NCBI GenBank assembly: GCA_964057225.1
Contig: OZ059896.1
Location: 12,834,001 to 12,898,000 of the forward strand
From: Auanema rhodensis
Taxonomy: Eukaryota; Animalia; Nematoda
Reading direction: 5' to 3'
DNA length: 64,000 nt
Below are positions 22,543-33,400 of this stretch, piece by piece; position 1 is the first letter of the stretch, and each line of letters begins with the position of its first letter. The notes beneath the pieces were generated by a model that saw only the letters and a program-made list of their open reading frames with translations, was not told the DNA's origin and ran no database searches. The translations under genes and the position numbers were made by a program.

Positions 22543-23439
22543 ACCTACTACAACACGTTTTGGTGTATGAGACGTGAATAATATATTATTAGGTGAATCC
22601 AAGCGGCCTCCTTCTATGAAATAAGAGCGCATTTTCACTGATGTCATGGGGTAGTGTATTCGATCCTTTGCGAGTTTATCTTCTATAGCCATAGCTAATC
22701 CAGCGTTCAGATCAAACTCTTGAATAAGCAAGTGCACATCGTTGATATCTATTTTCAGGTTTGGAAACTCCTCCTTCATTGCAGCATCCTTGCTTTCATT
22801 ATTCCAGCCTAGAGTGTCAATTAAAAAGTTATCACGGTTTGGATATGCAGTTAGCTCCATTTTTGAATAGTTTACAATCAGTCGCTCTTGATTAAATAGG
22901 TCGATACTGACGGGAGCAGCCATCTCACACAATATGCCATTTTTTACAAGCGTTTGACGCGTTCTAAATCCAGCACTGGATGCATTATCTATATATCTAT
23001 CAGCAAAATAGCCTGATATGGCAAGTTTGCTCTCTTTAACATCGTTGCTATACATTAAAATATTCTCGATATATGTTTTATAGGCATGATTCACGGTAGA
23101 GTCATACACGCTAACATCGCCAATTTTCAAATGATACGAATGTATTAAACTGGCAGCAAATCGTTGATATGGTGCAAAAACAAGGTTGTCTGGTACTGGA
23201 TCACCGTTTGTGGTTACAATTTTAAATTTTACATTCAACCAACATCTTCTCAGATTGAGGAATGATTTGGAATTTTGAGCTATAACAAATTCCCATGGTC
23301 CTTGAGGAAGAAAAGTATTTTTCAAAGGGACTTGTACAGTACGAGTGGATTCAACACCTAATGCCGACGCAGGTATATCACCATAGTTGATATTAGGTAA
23401 AAGGGCTTGTGCTGATTTTGAATCTATCAATTTAGCCAT
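22543..23439 (-). pseudogene. MCP: Maverick major capsid protein (double jelly-roll), C-terminally truncated
   Basis: GPWEFVI..SFLNLRRCWLNVKFKI, HAYKTYIENILMY, DLFNQERLI, IHYPM, PKRVVVG; then switches to antisense BEL 2 sequence. Confidence 0.88.
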
Positions 23440-23892
23440 TTAAATGTGAAACGACCGCTCACGAGTGATGCACAACCGCTTATGAGGTTTTGTGGTTTTG
23501 CGTCGTCGCCGTTTGCCCAAGCCGGTAAGATCTCGTATAGCTTGCCGGCCGGCTGTTTTAAGAGTTTCCTTGATATTATCGCCTTTCAGCACCCCATTGA
23601 CAATTTCATTACCAGTTTCCAGCAACTGTCCGCCAAGAGGTGAATTTACAACTGGACTATTGCTTACAGCACTGGATAAGGCGTTTCTTCCGGCATTGAT
23701 GAGATTTTGGGCTATAGGTGATTGAATGATGCGTGGTAGAAATGATGCCAAAGTTGCCAAAATACCACCCAAACCATGACCCCTCTGCATTCCACGTTGA
23801 AACATCATTCCGCTAAATGGGGCGCCACCCATTTGCTGATTTAAAAGTGTTGTCCATTGAATAGAGTTGACATCCAAAAGGAGGTGCGGCAT
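23440..23892 (-). CDS. Maverick core-like protein with adenain-type cleavage motifs
   Basis: QQMGG, QRGHGLGG, LTGLG followed by KRRRRK; stop codon abuts the MCP start. Confidence 0.75.
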   Translation of the reverse strand: MPHLLLDVNSIQWTTLLNQQMGGAPFSGMMFQRGMQRGHGLGGILATLASFLPRIIQSPIAQNLINAGRNALSSAVSNSPVVNSPLGGQLLETGNEIVNGVLKGDNIKETLKTAGRQAIRDLTGLGKRRRRKTTKPHKRLCITRERSFHI

Positions 23893-23943
23893 ATCGAACC
23901 GCACGCGCGCAATACAAAAGTTACACTAGATCATTCTACTAAA

Positions 23944-24398
23944 ATGTATTCGTCTGAAATAGTATCACTATTGCAATCTGTTCCCAGCACTCGGAAACTG
24001 TTCCTCGGTGTATATAGCGCTGATACTCTACCCAAAACGCGTCGAAAAAACTTTGCACTTGTCGTAAATACTGACACACATGATAAGCCAGGCACACATT
24101 GGCAGGTCATCTTTGTCCGTAACAAGCAAGCCTATTTTTTCTGTAGCTTGGGATATAAAATGAACAAGTACATCAAAATTATCTGGCCAAATATAAAAAG
24201 GTAAAAATTAATACTTGCAAACCACAACGTTTAATTGAATACACTTGTGGTGGCTATGTGGTATTTGTAATACTAATGTTGTCGGCTGGTAATTCATTTG
24301 AAAGCATTTGTTCATTTTTTAAACTATTGAAAAATGATGATGTCTTTATTAAAGCGTTTATGCATAAAGTATTCGACTATAAATTGGCTACTATATAA
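23944..24398 (+). pseudogene. PRO: Maverick adenain-like cysteine protease (frameshift near 24178)
   Basis: FLGVYSADTLP, VVNTD..PGTHW, YFFCSLG, then in the shifted frame PQ..YTCGGY and NDD. Confidence 0.88.
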
Positions 24399-24651
24399 GA
24401 AATTTGTCATTAATAACCTGCTACATTACGTGGTCAGTTATGAATATTCCTTGTCACTGTGAATTATGTGTCAAATACACGTTGGAGCAATCTAAACCAG
24501 CGCCTTTATACAGGAGAATATTGAAATGTATTTGAGTGCCATTTATTAAAGGTATAGCATTGGGATTGGGCTTTTGTACAACACTAGTCATATTATTGCT
24601 CATTATATAAAAGTGGGTTGATGGCGTGTGGTCGTTTTTCATTTTCCTCTA

Positions 24652-25116
24652 ATGGAACTTTTATGTAACAAATATTGTGGTACATGCAAGGAAATATTTT
24701 CTTCAACCAAGCATTTTAGTGATCACGTTTTGAAAAGGCATGCAGGGATTCAACCCGTATGTAACAATTATATCAGCAATGCTGACTTTATTCAAAAATA
24801 TGGACATTTGGATGGTGTTCGTAGACGTTTGTGCCCTCATTGTAGTGAAACTTTTGGAACAAGATTCAATTGTGAGCGTCATATTCGGCGTATTCATAAT
24901 AATAATGGAACGAATGGTGAAGATGGTGATGGAAATGATACCAGCAAACCCTTTGAAAAAGCTGAGGAGTTTGTACATTCAACCCAATCAAAAAGATGCC
25001 GCAGCAATAGTGACGGAGAACATTCACAACACGAGCCGAGCGACAAACAAAACTGCCCTAAACTATCTTTTAAACCTTCGAAAATAAAAATGTGGTATTG
25101 TATAACTGTTGAATAA
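24652..25116 (+). CDS. two-finger C2H2 zinc-finger protein (Maverick cargo)
   Basis: CGTC-x12-H-x4-H and CPHC-x12-H-x4-H; TATATAAAAG at 24604; AATAAA overlapping the stop. Confidence 0.75.
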   Translation: MELLCNKYCGTCKEIFSSTKHFSDHVLKRHAGIQPVCNNYISNADFIQKYGHLDGVRRRLCPHCSETFGTRFNCERHIRRIHNNNGTNGEDGDGNDTSKPFEKAEEFVHSTQSKRCRSNSDGEHSQHEPSDKQNCPKLSFKPSKIKMWYCITVE

Positions 25117-25121
25117 AACGT

Positions 25122-25757
25122 TTATTTCATATTTTTAACATGCAATGTAACAACTGTAGAACCATAATTAAATTGCATAGGACGACCAAATTCATCTAAA
25201 ATTTCAATACGTATGGTATCGAGTGTTTGTCTAGTGATTGGTACATAACGAATAGGATTAAATGTTTTGGCAATCATTTTACCAAATTCAGTAGGAGGTG
25301 GTACAGGTAAACATGCAAGTAAATTAGCTTTCACATTACCAAGAATGGAATATTCTACAATATCACAATATATATACATTGTATTAATGTTATTTGAAAA
25401 ATCAATGGGACGCCTAGCTATTATTGTATCGTTGATGTTTTTATTTTCAAAACCAAGAAAATATGCAAAATCATCACCAAGCGTTGCATTCATTAATACT
25501 CGCTTGCTTGTTACAAACTCTATGCGCTGCAATGTTTTGTTAAACTGAAATGTGGCGTCTGCGAGCATTTCCTCCACTAGCTTAGCCTCAGCCTGGCGAT
25601 TATTATACCATTTTTTTACATCTTCATCTTTATCTATTAAACTTTTTATACGTGCTTCTTCCTCAGCTCCAAGAGGCTTTGTATTGTTGGCGATAAATGA
25701 TTCTCTTCCAGCATTGATTCCGCGTATTATTTCATCACCATTTGCATAGTTGCCTTT
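25122..25757 (-). pseudogene. mCP: Maverick minor capsid (penton) protein, C-terminal part
   Basis: LAYFLGF-like FAYFLGF, MYIYCDIV, YVPI, IRIEILDEFG, VVTLH; joins in frame with 35635-35856 once the Gypsy insertion is removed. Confidence 0.88.
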
Positions 25758-25761
25758 AGGC

Positions 25762-26142
25762 CGTTACATATCGTTTCTTCCCGTCTTTTCATGGTCGGAA
25801 GATATATGTACTTCTACCTTGTTCCTTAGGTAGGCAGACCCGAACGCCCTGATTTCCTTATTAAGACAAATACTTAAAGAGAAAAGGATTCATTATCAGA
25901 TAACAAGAAAATACAATATAAGAATTACATTAAGAAAGAATATAAAGATATATAATAAAGTATTAAATAGAGAATATATATAGATGATATAGAGATGAGA
26001 CTCACATGACTATAAGACAACCTATCTGGGTTAGACCAGAAGCAAGAGTGCCATGTGTGTCCCATGTTGTAGGCGGGGCTTGTTCAGGCTCCCGCTATTT
26101 GAATAGCGCGCACATGTTCACCATGTGCTAGCAGATGTGACA
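25762..26142 (-). repeat. 3' LTR of element B
   Basis: Matches 35254-35634 with one mismatch seen. Confidence 0.97.
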
Positions 26143-26158
26143 TCCCCCCACCTTAAAA
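26143..26158 (-). promoter_or_regulatory. polypurine tract (AAGGTGGGGGGA)
   Basis: Purine run directly preceding the 3' LTR TG on the minus strand. Confidence 0.85.
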
Positions 26159-26740
26159 GTTGAACGTCCTCGTTCAAAAACAAAATTAATTAATTCACTT
26201 TTTAAGATAGTTGGATGTTGGAAAAAAAATCATGGTGTAGTCGATAAAAAAAAATGTATACAATACGATTTGAAAGTTTAGCTATTGTCTCTTCAAGTTT
26301 GTTGAATTTAAAATGTAGTATCGAGTAGATTCTATTCCATTCACTTGAGTAGTGAAATGCTTGCAAACGAGAGCTTTGCTTCTAAACCATTCGACTGTGA
26401 TATAGTCGTTCATTTTCTTGAGTTGTACAGGTACGGTGTTACCCTGAGAATAGGTCGAGCCCGTTCTGTACAAAAAAATGAAAACTCGTTTAACCCGTAT
26501 GACTAATGTCCATAAGGTGAATACAAGTAATGATTAAGCATAAAAAAATAGCAAGATTCACAAGAGAATGTTGAAAAAAAAAATCTACTCAATGAGAGTT
26601 GGAGTAATAAAACAAAACCTTGTAAAACAATAGCAGACTTCTCAGAGAAAATCAATCAACAACAAAGAAGTGTTACAATCAGAAATGGCACAAAATAAAA
26701 AAAAAATTCAACAGTTTGATTTTGTTAAAAAAAACTACCT

Positions 26741-28017
26741 TCAAGAAATTGTGATAACCGGAATAGATGTTGTCCGTTGGTAAGGTTTGACGAAATCCTT
26801 GTGTACTCTTCTGCTTTTTCCTTTATCTGTTTGAACCACGACGAAAGATCTTTGAACTGCTGTAACTAAATAAGGCCCTTCGAATGAAGGTGTTAGTTTG
26901 TTTCGAGTAGAATTCACTTTTATCATAACTAAGTCATTAATCTGAATTTCTTTATTTTGTGTTCTATTTCGTGTATTGTACCGTTGTTCATTCTTCTTTG
27001 TGCATGTTTCAATTCTATCTTTTACTATATTAGATGTGCTTTCATTTTGTATTAGCGATCTATTGACAAAATCTTCTGTAGGATTGGCTGGTTCTTCAGT
27101 TTGAAGATTATTTCCAGGCAATTGATGGTCAATAGTAAGTCTTGCATCCCGACCAAATAATACAACATATGGACTAATAGATGTTGATGAGTTTGGTAAC
27201 GTATTGATCGCAAACATAACTTTGGGTAGGTGTATATCCCAGTTAGTTTGTTGTTCATTCACGAATGAAGAGAGAGCTTCTTCCAAAGTTCTATGAAGTC
27301 TCTCAACTTGTCCATTAGCATTTTTATAATATGGTAGCGTAGTAGTGTGTTTAATTCCAAATTGTTTACACATAGCTTGAAATTCAGATGACAAAAAGCT
27401 ACTACCATTATCGGTTATCATACTCATTGGTGGTCCATATATGAAAACAAATCTAATTACAAACGCTTTTGTGATTTCAGTAGCCGTTTGTGTTATTAAT
27501 GGGCAAGTTGTTCCCCATTTACTAAAAGCATCTTGAATACTCAAGATGTATCGATGTCCATCATTAGTGCGAGGTAAAGGACCTAGTATATCTACATGAA
27601 TACGATCAAATGGCTTTTCGGGTATAACAAATCTTCCCATAGGTTGAATATACGATTGGTGTGGGTTAGATTTCCTACTTGCACATTTTGTACAACGATT
27701 AATAAATTCAGTTATTTGTGGAACCATATTAGTCCAAAAGAATCGTCGTCGAATCGCATCAGTAGTTTTATTTATACCTAGGTGTGCACCAATTTTGGAA
27801 TCTTCGTGAAAAAATTTGATGACAACATCAGTTATTTTGTCGTTTCGAGGCAAAATAATAGATGGTTTTGAATAATTTTTCGCTTGTTTTGCATGTAATA
27901 TGCTTTCTCGTTCTTCATACCGGTCTGATATATTAGCCGGACAGTTATCATTATTAATTTAAGAAAGTGCTTCGCGAATCCAGGGAACTCCAGCTTGAAC
28001 TTTCCGTATTTCTTCAC
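26741..28017 (-). pseudogene. int: Gypsy integrase (frameshifted from RT/RH)
   Basis: H..AHLG..C..C, HVDILGP, ITDNGS, VERLHRTL, FEGPY. Confidence 0.92.
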
Positions 28018-29380
28018 AATTTAGTTGGTCAATAGAAGAAATAGTTGTGATATGAGCAATAAAAGCATCAACAGGTTTTACTTTGTCCTTTGGTTTAGTA
28101 GGACGACTGTCATTTGCTTCGTTTCCTATATACCTGGAGAGAGCATCACAGACACTGTTTAATTTGCCAGGACGATATTCAATCTTCATGTTGAAATCTT
28201 GTATCATTAGTTGATACTTGGCTAATCTACCTATGAGATCTTTACGCGACATTAAACTGGTTGATGGTCGGTGATCTGTGATAACTGTGGTAGGTACTCC
28301 TAATACATAGGTACGGAATTGTTGAAGAGCAAAGACTAAACCGAGTGCTTCAACTTCAATAGGAGGATATTTCCGTTCCGCTGGAGTCAACTTTCTACTA
28401 GCGAACGCAACGATCATACTGCCATCACTTTCTATAACAAAAGGTTGGTCTGCTTTAGGAGGTTTCAGTACAGGGGCAGTACACAGTAATGTTTTTAAAG
28501 TTTTAAATGCGTCTGCATGTTCCGATTTCCACTCAAAAGGAGTATCCTTATGTGTTAACTTATACAATGGCTTATCTATTCCGGCATAGTTTTGAATAAA
28601 CCGTCGAAAATAGTTAGTCATACCTAGAAAGGATCTGACAGCCGTAACTGTACTTGGATTTGGAAATTCGGAAACAGCCTGTATCTTAGCAGGATCTGGT
28701 TTAACACCATTTCTACCTATTACAAAACCCAAAAACTTTACTTCAGTGGCTGCAAAGCAACATTTAGATAACTTAATTTTCAACCCTAGTTCAGTGACCT
28801 TTTTCAGCACTTCTTGTATATCTCTTAAATGTTCTTCAGCTGAGTTCGAAATTATTAGCAAATCACCTAGATATACAAACAGTTTGCATCTAACAAGTGA
28901 TTGCAAGTATCGTACTGCGGATTGAAAAGTGTGTGGCGCTCCACACAATCCCATAGGCATTCGGCAATACTGATAGGTACCTGATGGAGTGGTAAAAGCA
29001 GTTAGGTATCTATCTGAGCGTTTCAACGGTATTTGGAAGAAACCAGAAATGAGATCAAAATTCGAAAAGAACTGAGCTCCAGCCGCTAAGTCTATGATAT
29101 CAGGAATGTGTGGGATGCTGTATGTTTGTTTCTTAGTAACACTATTCAATGCTCTAAAGTCAGTAGCGAACCGGAAAGAATTATCTTTCTTTTTAACAAG
29201 AACAACCGGACTAGTGAAAGTAGCCGTCGAATTTTCGATTATACCTTGCGACAACATTTCTTTCACTTGCCGTTCTACTTCTTCTTGCTTACCCAATGGT
29301 ACTCTGTAAGATCTACTTTTTGGAAAATCCATATCAGATCTTATAGGAATGGCATGTTCAACTGGTCCGCAAAAGAGGTT
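27959..29380 (-). pseudogene. pol: Gypsy reverse transcriptase / RNase H, inactivated
   Basis: SPVVLVKKKD, DFRALN, DLISGFFQI, MPMGL; catalytic YxDD reads YLGD; RNase H lacks the GAVL strand after ESDGS. Confidence 0.92.
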
Positions 29381-29650
29381 CAGGTGGAACTTAATCGTTC
29401 ATAATTTCTTTAGATGCTATAAGTCCTGAACCAATGTGGTCATTTTTATTAATTTTAATTGGCTTTGAAGAATTGTTTGATACTACCATAGTAATAGGAA
29501 AAGGTCCTATGGCGGCATCTGAAATTGAGATAGGACCTGTGCTAGATTTTAAAAGAGCATATTGATCAAAATCTAATTCTGGTCCTGTTTGCAAAGATAT
29601 GTGGGAGGTACTATGTGGTGGAACTGTTACTGTGGACAAACTTATGATAT

Positions 29651-30496
29651 TTACTGTTTTAGTTGTGGTTTTATATGCAAAACAACCAGGTTTACTAAGG
29701 TTGTTTCCATATTACCAACAATCAACTTTCCTTTACATAGTTTTAATGTAGTAAATATCTCTCTTTCTTCCAACGTACGCATAAAATCAGTACCAAGTAA
29801 CATTTGTCCTGGACAGTCATTGTCTTCAGATATTAAAAATTCGTGTTCCACTTGGTAACCTGCTATACCCACATCTAACTTGCATTTTCCCACAAAGCGA
29901 AACTCTGATCCATTTGCAGTGGATGCAGATCTAGAATATTTTGTAAAATATTGTCTTCCAATATATGCCAATGTGGAAAACGGAATATATGAGACCGTAG
30001 CTCCAGAATCCCATAATTCTAACAGTCCTCTACCTTCAATGTCAATATGAACAAACGGTAACATGTGTCCATCTTTCTTTGTTGTTGTGTGACATACAAA
30101 AGGTATGGCTAAAAGAATGTAAGTTATGATGGTGGGAAAATAGCTCCGCATCAATTCATCACTAACTGTTTCATGAATCTCATCTCCCTCAAGTGGTGGA
30201 GCTGTTGGGCTCAACATGATATGGTTTATTTTTAACATAGAAGTAGGGGAGAGATAACATTTTATAGTGAAATATAATGCTATCATTAGACATAATATCA
30301 GAGTTATACAACCGATGGTAATGAGTGTTCGTTCAATTGAACCTATACAAAAGTCAATGAACAGATCTCAATTGGAGAAAACAATTTTCCTGGCATCTCT
30401 TATAAGTTTACTTCCTTTGAAGATGAAAGAGGAAATTTGAGGCCAATCATGTGAACGAGAAATTACGCGGAGAAGATCATGGTGAGGTGAAGTAGA
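29651..30496 (-). pseudogene. env transmembrane anchor, cytoplasmic tail (PTAPP) and aspartic protease, in frame with gag-env
   Basis: Same frame as ORF 30497-34102 across stops at 30497-30499 and 30368-30370; TLITIGCITLILCLMIALYFTI, LWDSGATVSYI, MLLGTDFM. Confidence 0.85.
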
Positions 30497-33400
30497 TTAA
30501 CTATAACCATAAGTTAATCCAATAGATAAGGCTAAGGATTTTTCAGTCGAATTTTCAAACAAATTCCGCCCTGTTAATCGAAGTTTACTTTCTGAATGAA
30601 TACTATCTACTTTATGTGTGTCACCTTTATAATCTCTCCATGTTCCATTTTCATACCAAATCTCTGTCTCTTTGTGTTCACAATTGATCTCATGTCCTTC
30701 AGTGCTCAAATCGTAGCTATCGATAGGAGCAAAGAATAATTGTTTATCGTGTGTTAAAACAGGGGTCTCTGCATAACATTTATCATTGTAAGAATGATTA
30801 CGATAAATGAAATGTGGTTCTATTTCCTGACAAGTTGTTATTTTTAAAACATTTCTTCCAACAAATCGGGCAACGATATCATCCCGCTGAAGCATAGCTC
30901 GTACTCCTATTGTAGGATGTATACGTAATATAGCTTGCCAGCTTTTTACAGTTTCCATTTGAGATTTACAGATGATATGAAACTGTTGATGAAATTCGTC
31001 AATTATGGAGAGACGCGCTTTCTCAAACCCATAATTCAACTTATTATCTATTATCGTTTTAGTTTTATGCTCTGATTTGTGGAGAACATTGTCATATACT
31101 TCTGCTACATACAACTCTCGACCTCTCTCGTACGCATTAGGGGTAGGAGTTGTTAAACTACGAATTGTAGTTTTGGTGGCAGTTATTGGGGTTACAGTAG
31201 TATGCTGTACCATATTTTTATCAGTTGTGATTTGAGTTTTAACCCAACTTATGAATTCTAAAACTACTGTTTTATTGAATTTGGGATTTTCCTGTGGGTA
31301 TTCGATGGACTGTGGAGGAAATCCATAATATGCTGTACTATTCTTTGTATAAAGGTTGTGATAGTCAGGCAGCTTAGATATAATTGCTAAATCTTGCTCT
31401 TGGTTGTTTCCAACAGTAGCATCAGCTTTTTGTTGTCGACTGACTTGCATGTCACAAGATATTTGTTCTTTTCCCAATTGTTGTTGGATCATGAATAACA
31501 TGCCTTGAGCAGTTGCAATAATTTCAGATTGATTCATATTTCCACTGCGTGGTAATATAGATGGATATAAGGCTCTTACCAACTGTTCGATTGATGGAAC
31601 TGTTTGTGTACCATCAAGAATTGTGGCTTGATATACTACTGCGTGAGCCATTCCTCGAAAGAAGTCTTCTATGGATGTTGTAGATTTCATCAACGATCTT
31701 TTTAACCGAGGAACTTCTATACGACGAGCTACTTGAGTGATAAGATCATCCAATTTCATGCTAATCATCTGTCTAGTAGCCAGTTTAATTTCCTCTATAC
31801 CCATACATTGTAAAATCAAAAGATTGGGATCTTTGAAATTATTAGACTTTGCCCAGTTAGTTATATGATCTTTTGTCAATCCTAAACTAACAATTGTGTC
31901 AATGAACAGTGGATTATCTATCGCGAATTGGAGCAAACTTTCATAAGATGATGTAGCTGCATATCTCATATATTTTGCGTAAAACTTAGTGATAGATGCA
32001 GATCCAAAAATGAAAGTAGGTCTTAGAAAGGGAAACGCATATGGTTGGGATTTCGCATTAACAAAAAGATAATCATCACTGAAAGAGCGATGTTTTTGAG
32101 GTAATACATTACGTTTATTTCTGCGTCTATCAGCATTAAGCAAAGTATTGGAAAGATCAAGCAAATTATAAACACGGGGATATGCTGTGAATCGGATAAT
32201 TGCCTCAGAAGATGATTCAAAAACAGCGAATTCGAAACAAGATTGAACGTGAGCGGATGTGGAATGATTTTGGAGAACAAAAGCGCTTTCAATAGAGTGA
32301 ACTAGAAGAATATGATCACCCAACATGGCGGAGAAGGGGCCAAGTTTTTGATAGTGACAGACAACTGATGGGATAGGTGGTTGCCAGATAACTGCACCTT
32401 CACCAGTTGCACAAAACCCTTCATTTCCTTTACAATTATCAGTATTTATAAATAAATCTGATACAATGTGATCTTCTTTCAATCTAGTTATTATCCCTCG
32501 CTTCAATACAAATTGTTCAATTTCTACACATTCTTCAGTGGACCACGAGCGAGTTGGATTATGCTCGTTTAATGGTGTTTCAAAAACTGAATGCAGTTTG
32601 GCATTCATGATTTTATCATTCCACATACGATTTCTATGTGCTCGAACACAATCTTTTTTATCTACTGTTTCAAAATGAGAGAATGTGGTGTTACGATCTC
32701 TCAAAAACATGAAATCTCTCACACAACTTTTATACTTTTTCACATAGCATTTCCATGCTTCCCATGACTCTATCTCAGCCTTTGGTAGATATATTTCTAC
32801 CTCAACACTGTGAGCCTTTTCGATTTCTGCCTTATGGCAGCCTGTGACTACAGGAGGTGTTACTAATATACCCCCTTCAGATTGAGCGCAAATCTGATAT
32901 TTTGCCGACCCAAAGGAAAGGCATGAGAGTGCCAATAAAGTCAGGCACAACGTGACCGGTGGCATGAATGGGGTCGCTACGTTGTATACCCTTGAGTTAC
33001 CATTCCCATTGGCTGATGGTCTTTGTCTTCTTGGGGAACTAGGCCTAGGGTTCCAAGACGAGCTATTGGCATTTCTGCCATTCGCAAATGGGCGGTTTCC
33101 CGGGTTAGGACGCCTATTCATATTCCCGTTCTGCGAGTTATTATTATTATAACGTACGGCAGAAGGTCGCTCTCTCTCTCGCTCATAATCATTAGAGCCA
33201 TTATTGTGCTGAGTCCAGTTATTATTTTTTTTATAATTTTTATAATTTTTATTATTATTATTATTCCTACTTCTTTCTCTTTGTTCACTAAAGCTTAATT
33301 TATGCTGTAAAGCATTTATGAGCTCCTTCAAGGTGCTGGTGTCTTCATTTCTTTTCATGAAGCTATTTCGAACGTCTTCTTCAAACCTAGCTAATTTCTT

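Noticed and set aside
30368-30499. Programmed readthrough at the stops between Env and protease
   Set aside because: Two stops lie before the TM helix and are single-base changes from sense codons (TGA/TGG, TAA/CAA) in an element with many other lesions. Decay is simpler, though untested without a consensus.
1617-33298. Numerous antisense or overlapping ORFs opposite TE genes (e.g. 1617-2021, 4152-4364, 12242-12520, 29094-29404, 32952-33298)
   Set aside because: Shadows of the coding strand with no independent motif support.
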